64,000 nucleotides of DNA from a virus. Its lineage: Duplodnaviria > Caudoviricetes. Shown here piece by piece: positions 9,786 to 19,478 of this stretch. Both the position numbers and the translations under genes were made by a program. Position 1 is the stretch's first letter. Every line of letters begins with the position of its first letter. Location: the IMG/VR virus record IMGVR_UViG_3300010338_000470. One strand, written 5' to 3'. Under the pieces are notes generated by a model. The model saw nothing but the letters and a program-made list of their open reading frames with translations. It had not been told where the DNA came from and did not search any database.

Positions 9786-10336
9786 CAGAGCAACCCGAGA
9801 TAGTAGTCGACTTGCTCAAACAGAACCTCTATGGTGCTGTCGTTAAGGAGGACAGCGTCAAATGTAGCAGCATCCAAGGCAACCTCACTTGGATGCTGGT
9901 TAGCTGCCTCTATGCCTGGGCGGACAACCCTCCAAACGGAGCCACCAGCAGCCTTAACTGCCTCAAACTCGTTCGGAAATCTGCAATCAGTAAGCACCCA
10001 GGACGTTCCACTTGGTGCCTCCTGAATTCTCTTCATGGTTGCCTCCACCCAAATGTTCTGACCCAACAGGTTGCGCCCCACTTCGGTCCCCATTCGCTGC
10101 AAAAGCTCACGGAACTCAGGGTAGATCTCCTTGCCTGCCTCATATCCAACAAGTCCAAGGATGTCCCTGTACCTAAGAAACCCCTCGTCGCTTGAAGTGA
10201 TAATCGGGTTTAGTGCCTCCAGAGAAGCCCTCAAGGTCTGAGCAAAGGCTGCCCGATGCCACCCTAGGGACTCAAGATGGTCAGCGATAGTATCCTTACC
10301 GCTGCGGGCGTAGCCTGAAAGAGCGATGATTGCCAT
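9785..10336 (-). CDS. Deoxynucleoside monophosphate kinase
   Basis: GYARSGKDT, RELLQRMGTE, TDCRFPNE, HPSE. Confidence 0.9.
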   Translation of the reverse strand: MAIIALSGYARSGKDTIADHLESLGWHRAAFAQTLRASLEALNPIITSSDEGFLRYRDILGLVGYEAGKEIYPEFRELLQRMGTEVGRNLLGQNIWVEATMKRIQEAPSGTSWVLTDCRFPNEFEAVKAAGGSVWRVVRPGIEAANQHPSEVALDAATFDAVLLNDSTIEVLFEQVDYYLGLL

Positions 10337-10378
10337 GAGGGAAAGAGTACAAGCTCATTCTTCAAGAAGCGGCCTGGT

Positions 10379-10687
10379 TCAGTTCAAGGAATGCCAAACC
10401 CGTTGTAGCTCAAGCTTCCTCAAATGGTCAGCGTACCTTCTCTGAAACTCAGGAAAGTTGGACTCTACTGTATCCTTGATAGCCCTAGCTCTAGCTAGCT
10501 TCATCAGGTCACCCCTGTCCATTGGAGGTGGTTCAACAGGGGGGAGAACGGCCCTCTCTGGCCGTGCGTTCTTCTGTGACCGACAATCTTTGCAGGCGCT
10601 CCTGCGCCCATCGGGACGATTAGAATCCCTGTGAAAGCTGAGCAGGTCCTTCTCTATCCCGCAAGCTGAACACTGCTTCGTTTCCAT
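10379..10687 (-). CDS. Zn-finger protein (HNH-associated CxxC...CxxC module)
   Basis: KQCSACG..FHRD..DGRRSACKDC. Confidence 0.65.
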   Translation of the reverse strand: METKQCSACGIEKDLLSFHRDSNRPDGRRSACKDCRSQKNARPERAVLPPVEPPPMDRGDLMKLARARAIKDTVESNFPEFQRRYADHLRKLELQRVWHSLN

Positions 10688-10726
10688 TTGAACATTTTAC
10701 AAGAATACGCTCAGAAATGGAATAAT

Positions 10727-11068
10727 TCACACTCTGAAGGCTGCCACTTCAACGCCATAGGTTTCGTCATACGAAATGTCAGCAAACCCGAGCTGATTCA
10801 TGAACCTTTCAGCATTAATGGGTCCGATGAATCGACCTCCACCCGGCTCAATGACAACCTGAAGATCGGGATCGAAACTAGCAGCCCCCGCAGGCTCTGC
10901 CGTCATCGTATCCGTCACGGTAACCGTAACTGAAGCTGAAGCGCCAGCACAAGCCACATGGAGGAAAGTGCGTGCATCGGGAGCAACCTTATCTCCAGAT
11001 GCGGAAGCTGCCAGGTAAATGGGACTCAGTCCGGTTCCAGAAATCTGTTGAGTGACAAGTGTGGCCAT
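10727..11068 (-). CDS. Hypothetical, possibly virion structural protein
   Basis: Ala/Ser/Thr-rich beta-type 113 aa ORF with a leaderless -10 upstream. Confidence 0.6.
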   Translation of the reverse strand: MATLVTQQISGTGLSPIYLAASASGDKVAPDARTFLHVACAGASASVTVTVTDTMTAEPAGAASFDPDLQVVIEPGGGRFIGPINAERFMNQLGFADISYDETYGVEVAAFRV

Positions 11069-11075
11069 GTAAATA

Positions 11076-11116
11076 GTTTAGGGGATGGGCCACCCAAGTG
11101 AACCCACCCCCTAAAC
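11076..11116 (-). terminator. Hairpin downstream of ssb
   Basis: GTTTAGGGG...CCCCTAAAC inverted repeat. Confidence 0.55.
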
Positions 11117-11143
11117 TCGCACCCCGCCACCACTAACTTCTAC

Positions 11144-11602
11144 TCAGAAGGGTTCCTCGTCGTCGTACTCCTCCTGGCGACGAGAGCCACGCTTGGTTCC
11201 CCTGCTGCCACTGTCGCTCTTGGACCGCTTGGGGGCAGGGGAGCCCTCCTGCTCGATCTTGGTGACCTCGGCAACAGCGAATCGGAGATCAGGACCGATC
11301 GAATCGATCTCGACGGCAAGCTTGGATCGACGCTCGCCCCCCTCTGTCTCCCAGTTCTGCTGCTCGACGCGACCGCAAGCGATGACTCGCGCACCCTGGG
11401 TCAGAGACTCAGCGATGTTCTCAGCGATATCGCCCCAGGCAGTGCAGTCGAAGAAGGATGTCTTCTTCTCCCAGTCGTCGCCCTTCTTGTACGAGAAGTT
11501 GTCAGCAATGGAGAACTTGGCGTAAGCCTTCCCCGCTGACGTGAACCTGACGTCAGGATCCCCCGTAAGGTTTCCAACTAGGGTGATGAGATTCCCGTTC
11601 AT
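11144..11602 (-). CDS. ssb: Single-stranded DNA-binding protein
   Basis: ITLVGNLTGDP..FFDCTAWG..acidic C-terminus DDEEPF; GGAGG RBS. Confidence 0.96.
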   Translation of the reverse strand: MNGNLITLVGNLTGDPDVRFTSAGKAYAKFSIADNFSYKKGDDWEKKTSFFDCTAWGDIAENIAESLTQGARVIACGRVEQQNWETEGGERRSKLAVEIDSIGPDLRFAVAEVTKIEQEGSPAPKRSKSDSGSRGTKRGSRRQEEYDDEEPF

Positions 11603-11659
11603 ATCTACCTCCGCAATAGTCATGTGTAAGTTGGGAAGACCACAGTGTAGCACCCCGAT

Positions 11660-11959
11660 CTACGAGATTGAATCAGGGGATGGGATGCCCCACCTCCCCA
11701 CCTTCTCTGCCAGCATGATCTGGAAACAGTTGGCGCAGGTAACATCGTACTTCTGAATTTCCCTGTTGACCTGCACCCAGGGTTCTTGAGCCGCTATCAT
11801 TTCGTAGACTTTGGAACCCCCAGCAAAGACTAGAAGCCTGACGTCCGTCTCTCCACACAGACTACACGGGGAAGCCTCAAAGATGCTTGTCAGCTTCCGG
11901 TGGATCATGGACAGGTAGGCCCTATCCTTAAGTTGGGCGCACGTCAAACAGGCTTGCAC
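11660..11959 (-). CDS. Degenerate HNH-like Zn-binding protein
   Basis: PCSLCGETDVRLL..EIQKYDVTCANCF; catalytic His residues absent. Confidence 0.55.
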   Translation of the reverse strand: MQACLTCAQLKDRAYLSMIHRKLTSIFEASPCSLCGETDVRLLVFAGGSKVYEMIAAQEPWVQVNREIQKYDVTCANCFQIMLAEKVGRWGIPSPDSIS

Positions 11960-12239
11960 GAAGAAATTCCCTAACGCTTGCGGGTGGTTCTGAGTCTAGC
12001 TTAAGGAGAACAGATTCTGAAACGGCAGAGGGACTGCCTTCTCCTTCGTCCCGGCAAATGGGCCTCCCGTTCTCATCTACCACAAACAGATTCAACTCAA
12101 GCTCACGATTACTCTTGAGAATTAGGCTGAAACACCTAGAGCTTGCATCACTAACCACATCAAGCCATTCAACGAACTCTGCCCTCCCAGCGATGGGAGC
12201 CAGGGGGGCTGTCAATTCATACCCCCAAATCGACGGCAT
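11928..12239 (-). CDS. Hypothetical protein
   Basis: ORF overlapping both neighbours in the operon. Confidence 0.5.
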   Translation of the reverse strand: MPSIWGYELTAPLAPIAGRAEFVEWLDVVSDASSRCFSLILKSNRELELNLFVVDENGRPICRDEGEGSPSAVSESVLLKLDSEPPASVREFLRASLFDVRPT

Positions 12240-12585
12240 CCACTTCCTCCCACTTCCCACTGTCGTTCCTCGTCTCAATCTTGAGGTTCTCGGGCCTCAA
12301 GGACTTTTCCACCATCTCTTCAGGTGTGGGAATCCCCGTCAGCTTCTGTGCAGTTATCTTCAACCACAACTTAAAGGTAGGGTCCGACGTGATGCGCTGG
12401 AAGGCTTTTCGCTGATTGAGGAACTGTGATCTTTCCTCCGTGGCCTCAGCCTTAGCTCCAGACGGTCGATGGAAAACCCTGATGCCTGTAGCGACCTTGT
12501 TTCGATGCTGTCCGCCAGGCCCTCCGGACCTGATGGCTTTCCACTCGAAATCGTCCTTCGTTAATGACAGGATCTTTTCCTTCAT
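12217..12585 (-). CDS. RF-1-domain peptidyl-tRNA hydrolase (ArfB/PrfH-like)
   Basis: RSGGPGGQHRNK...H.PSG...ERSQFLN. Confidence 0.9.
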   Translation of the reverse strand: MKEKILSLTKDDFEWKAIRSGGPGGQHRNKVATGIRVFHRPSGAKAEATEERSQFLNQRKAFQRITSDPTFKLWLKITAQKLTGIPTPEEMVEKSLRPENLKIETRNDSGKWEEVDAVDLGV

Positions 12586-12600
12586 TGGTAGGCTCTCCTT

Positions 12601-12792
12601 ATGTCAAAGAAAATGCGAGTAGCTCAACTGTTGGTGTTGCCAATCGTGTACCTTGACGACGGAGAAAACCTCATCCCTGTCGACGTAGATCAGATGGCTG
12701 TCCCTGGCGACATGGTAGCCGAGTTTGTCAACGGGGGACTAGCGAAGGCTCTAGAGTCGCTCAGGGAGCAGTTCGAGAACCTAGAAGACTAG
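12601..12792 (+). CDS. Hypothetical protein
   Basis: 63 aa ORF filling the gap between minus-strand genes. Confidence 0.55.
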   Translation: MSKKMRVAQLLVLPIVYLDDGENLIPVDVDQMAVPGDMVAEFVNGGLAKALESLREQFENLED

Positions 12793-13069
12793 TGTCCACA
12801 GTAGAACCCTTGAAGGGGTTGCCCACCGGATAGAAACCATTGTTTAGGGCCGAAAGAATGGACTCGAAGCATTCCGGGTATCCAGCAAAGTAAACCAGGG
12901 CTCCATTCAGGTTCCTCAACCTGTCAATATCCACTGTCCTGGCCACCACCACAGCCTTCTTTATCCTTTGCGGAGTCCACTGCCAATCATCCTTCATGAT
13001 GATCCGAGCTACATGATAATCATCGGAGATGACTACCTCAAGAGTGTCTTTTTCTACCACGACGGCCAT
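12761..13069 (-). CDS. Hypothetical protein
   Basis: ATG overlaps the upstream stop. Confidence 0.6.
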   Translation of the reverse strand: MAVVVEKDTLEVVISDDYHVARIIMKDDWQWTPQRIKKAVVVARTVDIDRLRNLNGALVYFAGYPECFESILSALNNGFYPVGNPFKGSTVDTSLLGSRTAP

Positions 13070-13542
13070 TATACAGTGGGGGGAACGTAGTCGAGATTGT
13101 AGGCAGGCGAACTCCTCCGAGAAGCCACAGAATCAATCTTGATGCGTGCCTCCGTGGCCTTCCTGTCTCGGGGGGAAGGGGCAGCCGGAAGTCCAACGCA
13201 ACGACGTAGGAAATTCTCTGCCAGATCCTTCGTTACCCGACGCTTCCTCTTATCGTAGAGCAGCGAGGACAGGTGGTCCAAGGAAAGCCCCCCTCTGTCT
13301 GCCAAGGTAGCGAGACTCCAACCCTTCTTGGATTTAAGCTCAAACAAAGCCCTCCTGAAGGTCTGAATGTCGATCGTGTCAAGGTCATCCCATCTACTTA
13401 CCCTGTGCCCGCGAATGAACTTGGCCGGTCTGTAGTCGCTCTTGAGGTTCACAAACTCCAGACACCCGCAGGCACAAAGAGGTAGCTCTCCGGACTCAAG
13501 CATCTGGACCCTGCGCGCTTCAACAAACTTGCTAGCTGGCAT
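13069..13542 (-). CDS. CxCGC motif + Xre-like HTH protein
   Basis: LCACGC..FIRGH; KKGWSLATLADRGGLSLDHLSSL HTH. Confidence 0.65.
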   Translation of the reverse strand: MPASKFVEARRVQMLESGELPLCACGCLEFVNLKSDYRPAKFIRGHRVSRWDDLDTIDIQTFRRALFELKSKKGWSLATLADRGGLSLDHLSSLLYDKRKRRVTKDLAENFLRRCVGLPAAPSPRDRKATEARIKIDSVASRRSSPAYNLDYVPPTV

Positions 13543-14944
13543 ACTCCCTCTCCTGAATCCTCTGCCTTCTTCTCTCTGCAACATCCGAGACCCCGTAGAG
13601 AACGTCGATCTCGCTGTAAGCCTTGTTTCGGTGTAGCTCCTTACGAGCGGCCCATTCCTTTAGAGGGGTTATCATCTTGTCGTAGGAGGACTTCCTGATT
13701 GTCGACCCACGACGGGTCAAATGTCCCCTGAGCGTGGCATCATTGATACCCATGATGTCAGCCACCTCCTTGGTCGTCCCGATTGAGAAGTTGCGTTTGA
13801 ACGTTTCGACAAACCGAATGAAATCTTCTCGGGGAATGTTGTCCAAGGTGCTCGGCTTGTTGAATTCCGAGGAGAACAGCTCTCTCTTTCGTTCAGTGGA
13901 AAGGGACTGGATGAGCCCAATTTGCTTAGTGAAGAAGTTGTATCGCTCAATGGAAACCATCTTCTTCCGCTCATCGAAGAAATCTTGCAGGATCCTTCTA
14001 TCCATGTTCATGAACTTGGCAAGCTTCGGCCAAGAGGTGTCCAGTTCTTCCTTCAGGTCGAAGATTCTTTGGCGTAGTGGAGCTAGCTCCACATACTCAT
14101 CCCCCTTGTGTCTTGTCCAATGTCCATCCCCCGCATTGGCTCCTGTGCTCTTTGGGGGGAAGGTTGCCCCACTCAGGCCCTCTAGGAACAAGAAGGGTCG
14201 AAGTAAGTCAAGAATCATCTCCTCGCTTGACTGGGAATGATCCTTGTATTGGAACACCAGAGAGGAGAAGCGGTTGTCGCTAATTCCCATGATCTCCGCC
14301 ATCTGCCCCCACGTCAACCCTAGGTGAGAACGCAAGTTATGGACAACCTCAACGAAATCCTTTCTGAAGATCATGCCTGGATCAGGAACGGGCTTGCGGT
14401 GCCCCTTAAGGGTACTGGAGACCCTCAGCCCGGTGTGGACTCTAACCTCTTGGCCGCAGCCACACTCACACAAGGGCACGGGTCCTATCGTCTTGATGTA
14501 CCTCGCCCTTTGGGCCGAGTATTGAGCTTCCCTCTCTGCTTGACTTCTGCCTCCGGGCTCCTTCTTCTTCTCGGGCTCCTTTGGGGCGGGAGAGCTGTTC
14601 TTTCCTTCAGTCAAGCAATCCAAGCAAATTCGACTTATCCTGCGTCCAGTTTTCTGGTAGTGTTTGGCGTCGTCAGGCTTCTCGATTCCACACAGGGTGC
14701 ACTTCTTGGGGTCTGCCGGGAGAGCAGCTACCCTTCCGGACCTCAGGGGCTTTGAAGGCTCAGACACTGAAGCCTTCTTGTGCTTATACGTGTGGGACCG
14801 CCTGCGCTCATTGGCGCAAAGCCTACACTCCCCCTTCAGCCCATCATGACTGTCCTTCTGGAAGTGGAAGAATTCTCCAGTGCGAGGGAGAAACTCTCCG
14901 CACCGAGAACAAGACTTGTAGTTGTTGATATCCATCAACATCAA
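13532..14944 (-). CDS. Multi-domain DNA-binding protein (2 Zn fingers, CECGC, ~3 HTH)
   Basis: CSRC..CRLC, CTLC..CLDC, LCECGCG, LGLTWGQMAEIMGIS, TSWPKLAKFMNM, TTKEVADIMGIN. Confidence 0.7.
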   Translation of the reverse strand: MMLMDINNYKSCSRCGEFLPRTGEFFHFQKDSHDGLKGECRLCANERRRSHTYKHKKASVSEPSKPLRSGRVAALPADPKKCTLCGIEKPDDAKHYQKTGRRISRICLDCLTEGKNSSPAPKEPEKKKEPGGRSQAEREAQYSAQRARYIKTIGPVPLCECGCGQEVRVHTGLRVSSTLKGHRKPVPDPGMIFRKDFVEVVHNLRSHLGLTWGQMAEIMGISDNRFSSLVFQYKDHSQSSEEMILDLLRPFLFLEGLSGATFPPKSTGANAGDGHWTRHKGDEYVELAPLRQRIFDLKEELDTSWPKLAKFMNMDRRILQDFFDERKKMVSIERYNFFTKQIGLIQSLSTERKRELFSSEFNKPSTLDNIPREDFIRFVETFKRNFSIGTTKEVADIMGINDATLRGHLTRRGSTIRKSSYDKMITPLKEWAARKELHRNKAYSEIDVLYGVSDVAERRRQRIQEREYAS

Positions 14945-14974
14945 GGGTAGACCTTCAATCTACAAGACTTGGAG

Positions 14975-15045
14975 TGGTTCCGGAAGGAATCGAACCTTCG
15001 TGCCTGGCTTATGAAACCAGTGTTCTCCCATTGAACTACGGAACC
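14975..15045 (-). tRNA. tRNA-Met/Ile2 (CAT)
   Basis: Cloverleaf, CTGGT-TT CAT AA-GCCAG. Confidence 0.9.
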
Positions 15046-15049
15046 CCGT

Positions 15050-15625
15050 TCAGAATAGATCGTACACCAATTCTACGATTTGGCCAAACTGAACCCACCC
15101 GTCAACACGCGTGGCCGCAGTGACATGCTCGTTGTATGAGTGGGACATCAAGACGCACTCTATTCCTTGATCCTGGGCAGCTTTCCAGTTCTTCTCGTAG
15201 TCATCGAGAAGAAGGTCGACCCCCACGAGAGTCTTGTCTTCGGAAAAGGTTATGGAATCGAACTCTAGGCCAGACTTCTGGAGCCAGTCCATCGTGTTAT
15301 GCACACCCCTGCCCTCAAAGGTACGGTGGGTGATGATGTGGATGGTGTGACCCTTCAGGCGAAGGCCTCGGATGACTTCAATAGCCTCAGGGTAAGGTTG
15401 GCCATTGCGGTAAAGCTGACGTTTGCTGATTCCGAAGTTGAGCCACCTCCCAAACTCCTCAGGCTTCATCTTCAACTCTCTGAAGAACCCATAGACTGGG
15501 GGGTCCCACCCGTTTCCAGGATCATCTACATCCTTCGCCTCAAAGTAGGACTCTGATCGAAGGACCCCAAGAAAATCGTCCACGAAGTTGTAGATGCATC
15601 CGTCCAGATCGAGCCCTAGTCTCAT
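15050..15625 (-). CDS. 5'(3')-deoxyribonucleotidase (HAD, NT5C-like)
   Basis: LDLDGC, IITHR, K..VGVDLLLDD. Confidence 0.88.
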   Translation of the reverse strand: MRLGLDLDGCIYNFVDDFLGVLRSESYFEAKDVDDPGNGWDPPVYGFFRELKMKPEEFGRWLNFGISKRQLYRNGQPYPEAIEVIRGLRLKGHTIHIITHRTFEGRGVHNTMDWLQKSGLEFDSITFSEDKTLVGVDLLLDDYEKNWKAAQDQGIECVLMSHSYNEHVTAATRVDGWVQFGQIVELVYDLF

Positions 15626-15660
15626 GAGACTAGCTTACCTTCAGAATCTACAGGAAGTAG

Positions 15661-16086
15661 TTAGAGATTCCACGGACTAGTGCCAGCCTCCCGGTAGAGG
15701 TCAAGGGCAACTAAAGTGTTCACGTCGGGATTAGCCCACTGGGTGGGGCTGAATCCCAGCTTATGGAACCTCCCTGAATGTGTCCCCAGTAGAAGCTGCC
15801 AGCAGCCGCGTGCCGAGCTTCCCTTGTTGGCGGCACTGGGGCTGTTGCGCGACTCGCGCCAGACGATCCCCCTAGCCCAAGAACGAGAGGCAGCAGGCCA
15901 GTGCCTGTCAATGGCCTCATAGCAATCCCGGCTTGAGCCTGGACGCGACTGGATGTGCGTCACCACCGCATCTTGCTGGTGGGGCGCTAGCGTTTGGAAA
16001 AGCTGGACCTCGTGAGGCGTGCAGGCCGACCCAAGTGCGACAGTTAGGAAGATGAACAACGTCAAAATGGCTGTTTTGATACTCAT
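15661..16086 (-). CDS. Secreted/lipoprotein lytic transglycosylase (SLT-like)
   Basis: Signal peptide ending LGSAC; RESR..P.A.N..SSARGCWQ; PW C-terminus. Confidence 0.8.
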   Translation of the reverse strand: MSIKTAILTLFIFLTVALGSACTPHEVQLFQTLAPHQQDAVVTHIQSRPGSSRDCYEAIDRHWPAASRSWARGIVWRESRNSPSAANKGSSARGCWQLLLGTHSGRFHKLGFSPTQWANPDVNTLVALDLYREAGTSPWNL

Positions 16087-16133
16087 GAAGAGTATTGTAA
16101 CAGCTCTGTCTTCGTTTTGAAACGAAACTGTAA

Positions 16134-17219
16134 CTATCTAGCGGATCTCTTGAGGGCGTCAGCCAAAAGGGCGAGCCAAGTGTTGTACCCGGCCACCCCA
16201 TCCGCCCCCAGATTCCTGGACCTCTGGTAGTTCTTGAGGGTTGCTTCAGTCCCCCTACCGAAAACCCCATCAACCCCTGTCCTGAACCCGTTATCGGTCA
16301 AATGTTGCTGCAAATCAGCAACAGCAGGACCACGGTCGCCACGTCGCAGAGTCTGCTTGCCTCTAGCGGAGGCCGCTAGACTCTCTAGAAGAGCTTTGAA
16401 GCCAGCTTGGGGGTCTGCTGGGGGGGCTGGGGTCTGCTTGTCGTAGAGGAGGCTCCAGACAGCACTATCGGCCACCCCGGTGACAGGTAGTCCAACGAAC
16501 TTTTGAAGATCTCTCACGGCTTGAGCTGTAGCGGGACCGAAATCACCGTCCACAACGAGCCCCCTGCCAGAAAGATTGTTGATTCCGGCTTGCAGCCACT
16601 TCACTGCATCGCCCTTGTCGCCCTCCCTTAGGGTGTGGGTACGTGCTTCCTTGATGGCATTGGCAATAGCTACAAGGTCCACAGGGGGGGCCACTGGTCC
16701 ACCGCCCCCAAGGTACTTCTTCATGCGCTCCCGCTCAACGTTGCCATCGACAGCGAAACGATCAGGCTTCCTTCTAGGTGCCCACTCCTTATGTTCGCAG
16801 TTCATCTCAATGTTAGGCATCAACGCGGCGCAAACTCTAGCGGTTGTTTCAAGTTGATCCTCTCGCCAGGGTTCACTTCCGGTCCCGGTGTTTTCCACCT
16901 CAATGCCGTAGACACTGGAGTTCCCGCTGAGACCCCTCCAGGAGCCCGCTCCTGCGTGGTTCGCCCGCCCCGCTGCTACAACATAGATGGTGTTGTCTCT
17001 GGCCTGGAAAACGTTACAGAGCGGCCCTGGAAGCCCGGAGCGGCCATAGATGCAGATGTTCAAAGAAGGGGCATTTCCTGCGGCAGGTCCAGCAGTATGG
17101 TGCCTGACAAACCCTCTAGGGTTGAAGGAAGCTGAACCTCTGGTCTGCCACCCAGCCACTTCTACGACGTTGAGGCCAGCTGCTCTCAGCTTGCTGGCTA
17201 TGCTCTGGTCCCACCCCAT
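16134..17219 (-). CDS. Endolysin: N-acetylmuramoyl-L-alanine amidase + two PG_binding_1 domains
   Basis: HHTAG, ANHAG, GIEVEN, HKEW; two L+.GD.G.AV..LQ..DG.FG..T repeats. Confidence 0.93.
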   Translation of the reverse strand: MGWDQSIASKLRAAGLNVVEVAGWQTRGSASFNPRGFVRHHTAGPAAGNAPSLNICIYGRSGLPGPLCNVFQARDNTIYVVAAGRANHAGAGSWRGLSGNSSVYGIEVENTGTGSEPWREDQLETTARVCAALMPNIEMNCEHKEWAPRRKPDRFAVDGNVERERMKKYLGGGGPVAPPVDLVAIANAIKEARTHTLREGDKGDAVKWLQAGINNLSGRGLVVDGDFGPATAQAVRDLQKFVGLPVTGVADSAVWSLLYDKQTPAPPADPQAGFKALLESLAASARGKQTLRRGDRGPAVADLQQHLTDNGFRTGVDGVFGRGTEATLKNYQRSRNLGADGVAGYNTWLALLADALKRSAR

Positions 17220-17395
17220 CAGAGTGCCCCTACAGCGCTCAGGGCTTCATATTCAGCTACCCTGGCCTGAACGGCTTCAGGGTCTAGGAAGTTGACATCA
17301 GCAAACAGGACCAAGGCTGTCAAGTCATCGTCGGAGGAAATCTGAGAAGGATCACAGAAATCCAGGTCGCATCCGCAAAGTTCATCATCATCCAT
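17219..17395 (-). CDS. Small acidic protein (58 aa) coupled to the endolysin
   Basis: MDDDELCGCDLDFCDP..; stop overlaps the amidase ATG; leaderless -10 upstream. Confidence 0.6.
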   Translation of the reverse strand: MDDDELCGCDLDFCDPSQISSDDDLTALVLFADVNFLDPEAVQARVAEYEALSAVGAL

Positions 17396-17415
17396 GAGTC
17401 AAGGATACCACTAGG

Positions 17416-17949
17416 TCACGGGGAAACATTCACAACCAAGGGCTCAATCTCCCAATACTTGATGGCTCCCCTGTTCCCACTACCATCAATGGGAGTGTCC
17501 GAACCCTTGATCTGCCAAACCACAGTCCGCCCCGTTTCCTTCTCCAGCTCCTTGGTTCTCTCAACCACCTCGTCTGGCACGTCAAGGGAATAAGACAAGT
17601 CGTGGCATCCGGGTTCCCTCGTCAAGGGAGAATCCAGGGCCGTCACAATATTCGTGCCGCGAGGAGTGACGGTCCCCCAGTGGGCGTTAATCAAAACCTG
17701 GACAGGCTCATCTGAATTCAGACAACGCGTCCAGGACATTCTGACATCCTCGTCCGCATTCACTTCAGGGAAACCAGAGACCCCCACGGCATTGTGGATC
17801 TCTCCGTTCGTGTATTTCCCCAAAGGATTGAAAGTCTCGCTGCGGATCTCCCAAAACAACAGAAGGCTTTGGCTTACGAAGACGAAAAGGGCACCCAGGA
17901 TAAGGACCCAAGAAATGAGCGAACCCTTGCATCTGTTCCGAACTCGCAT
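17416..17949 (-). CDS. Membrane-anchored hypothetical protein
   Basis: N-terminal hydrophobic helix. Confidence 0.65.
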   Translation of the reverse strand: MRVRNRCKGSLISWVLILGALFVFVSQSLLLFWEIRSETFNPLGKYTNGEIHNAVGVSGFPEVNADEDVRMSWTRCLNSDEPVQVLINAHWGTVTPRGTNIVTALDSPLTREPGCHDLSYSLDVPDEVVERTKELEKETGRTVVWQIKGSDTPIDGSGNRGAIKYWEIEPLVVNVSP

Positions 17950-17961
17950 ACTAAAAGTATG

Positions 17962-17997
17962 CGACTCAGCCCACCCGAAACTGGGTGGGCTGAGTCG
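17962..17997 (-). terminator. Intrinsic terminator-like hairpin
   Basis: Perfect 15-bp stem CGACTCAGCCCACCC/GGGTGGGCTGAGTCG followed by TTTT on the minus strand. Confidence 0.7.
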
Positions 17998-18018
17998 AAC
18001 GACTGGACGCTATGGGAG

Positions 18019-18348
18019 TCAGAAGCACTTGCCATTGAGCATGGTGTAAGCCTCGTCCGAAGAAATGCTGTAGTCAACGGCCTTGCTCAGCTCCCTCGAC
18101 GTCAGTTCGGGATAGCTGTTGAAGGTCGAGCAAACAGCGACCTGCTCATCAATGCTCAGCTCATCCCAGGTGATATCAAAGGCCACCCTGGCGATATCAG
18201 CATCAGAAACGGAAGTCTCTGGCTCCAAAACTTCCGTCCTTGTCCCCCTGTCCTCGGAGGTTCGCTCAGCCTCGTCAGCACAAGAGGCTGCAAGCAGAAG
18301 GAGAGTGACGGAAAGGATTACAGTGAATGACTTCTTGAGGTTCATCAT
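18019..18348 (-). CDS. Lipoprotein, hypothetical
   Basis: Signal peptide with LAASC lipobox. Confidence 0.7.
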   Translation of the reverse strand: MMNLKKSFTVILSVTLLLLAASCADEAERTSEDRGTRTEVLEPETSVSDADIARVAFDITWDELSIDEQVAVCSTFNSYPELTSRELSKAVDYSISSDEAYTMLNGKCF

Positions 18349-18376
18349 GCCTGTAAGGTAACACCTGCTTCTTCAA

Positions 18377-19030
18377 CTAGCCAACACGTGGAACGGAGGC
18401 ATAGCGGTCGAGAATGGCTTGCGCCCACTCAACCAGATCTTCGACCCGCTGGCCCCGCTGGTGCGACGTGCACCACAGCTCCAGATTCTCAAGTCGATTG
18501 TCATCTCGAAGTCCATTCTTGTGATGGACGTCTTCTTCAGGCAAAAGGCACCGACCAAGGTGGCGGGCCATCACGTAGCGGTGCTCGAATACCAAGTTGT
18601 GAGGCCCTGTTGCCATGTCGATGAATGGGTCGTCCGGAATCAACCTGCGTCGGATGTACCCTTGACTGGTCTTATGGGTGCCACCCTTCCAGTTCCAGCT
18701 CTTTTCACCTTGGTACTTGCCCGCCTCGTATCCGCCTCGTCGTCGCTGGACGCCATGATTCTCCAGGACGTACCAAATTGACTTCGGGTTGGCGTCTAGG
18801 CGCTCACCGATTGAAGCTAGGGTTTCGCCAGCCTCGTAGGCATCGCAAATGTCGAGCTGCTGCGCCAGCGAGGGCTTAAAGGGTGGTCGTGTCACTCTGT
18901 GAGGCGACAGGCCAGGGATTCTCTTGCACGCCTTACAGTAGAACTGAAGCCCATCCTTGGATGCCGCCCTGCGGTGGAACTCTGAACGGGGCTTCGTCTC
19001 CCCACACTTCCTACAGCTCTTGGACTCCAT
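18377..19030 (-). CDS. HNH endonuclease (Zn finger + HTH + HNH_3)
   Basis: EHRYVMARHLGR.L...EDVHHKNGLRDDNRLENL. Confidence 0.9.
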   Translation of the reverse strand: MESKSCRKCGETKPRSEFHRRAASKDGLQFYCKACKRIPGLSPHRVTRPPFKPSLAQQLDICDAYEAGETLASIGERLDANPKSIWYVLENHGVQRRRGGYEAGKYQGEKSWNWKGGTHKTSQGYIRRRLIPDDPFIDMATGPHNLVFEHRYVMARHLGRCLLPEEDVHHKNGLRDDNRLENLELWCTSHQRGQRVEDLVEWAQAILDRYASVPRVG

Positions 19031-19478
19031 TCTTGGAGTCTAGCACAAGATCGGGCAAGCAGATCCCGCGCAGGTGATCCATCTCGTGCTGGATGATCCT
19101 TGCCTTCCAGCCCGTGGCCCCCTCCTGGTGTCTAACGCCTTCAACGTCAGTATAGGTCCACGCTATCTCCGTAGACCTCTCCACTGAGAACTCCTTGCCT
19201 GGAACAGAAAGACATCCCTCCCCCGCCCTAACAGTCGAGTTGGCAGAATAAAGGATCTCGGGATTCAAGGCAAGAAAGGACTCCCCGGAATCGTGAAGAT
19301 AGAAGGCCCTAATGGGCATCCCAACCTGTGGAGCGGCCACAGCAACGCCACCGAGGACGAGACAGGCAAACCGAAGGTCAAAGGCAAGCTTTTCTACATC
19401 GACAGCCTCAACATCTACTGGACTGGACTTCTCGCTCAGTATCCGATTCGGATACTTGACCACCCTCAGGACCTTCAC
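19011..19478 (-). CDS. def: Peptide deformylase
   Basis: GVAVAAPQVG, EGCLSVP, QHEMDHLRG. Confidence 0.93.
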   Translation of the reverse strand: MKVLRVVKYPNRILSEKSSPVDVEAVDVEKLAFDLRFACLVLGGVAVAAPQVGMPIRAFYLHDSGESFLALNPEILYSANSTVRAGEGCLSVPGKEFSVERSTEIAWTYTDVEGVRHQEGATGWKARIIQHEMDHLRGICLPDLVLDSKNGVQEL

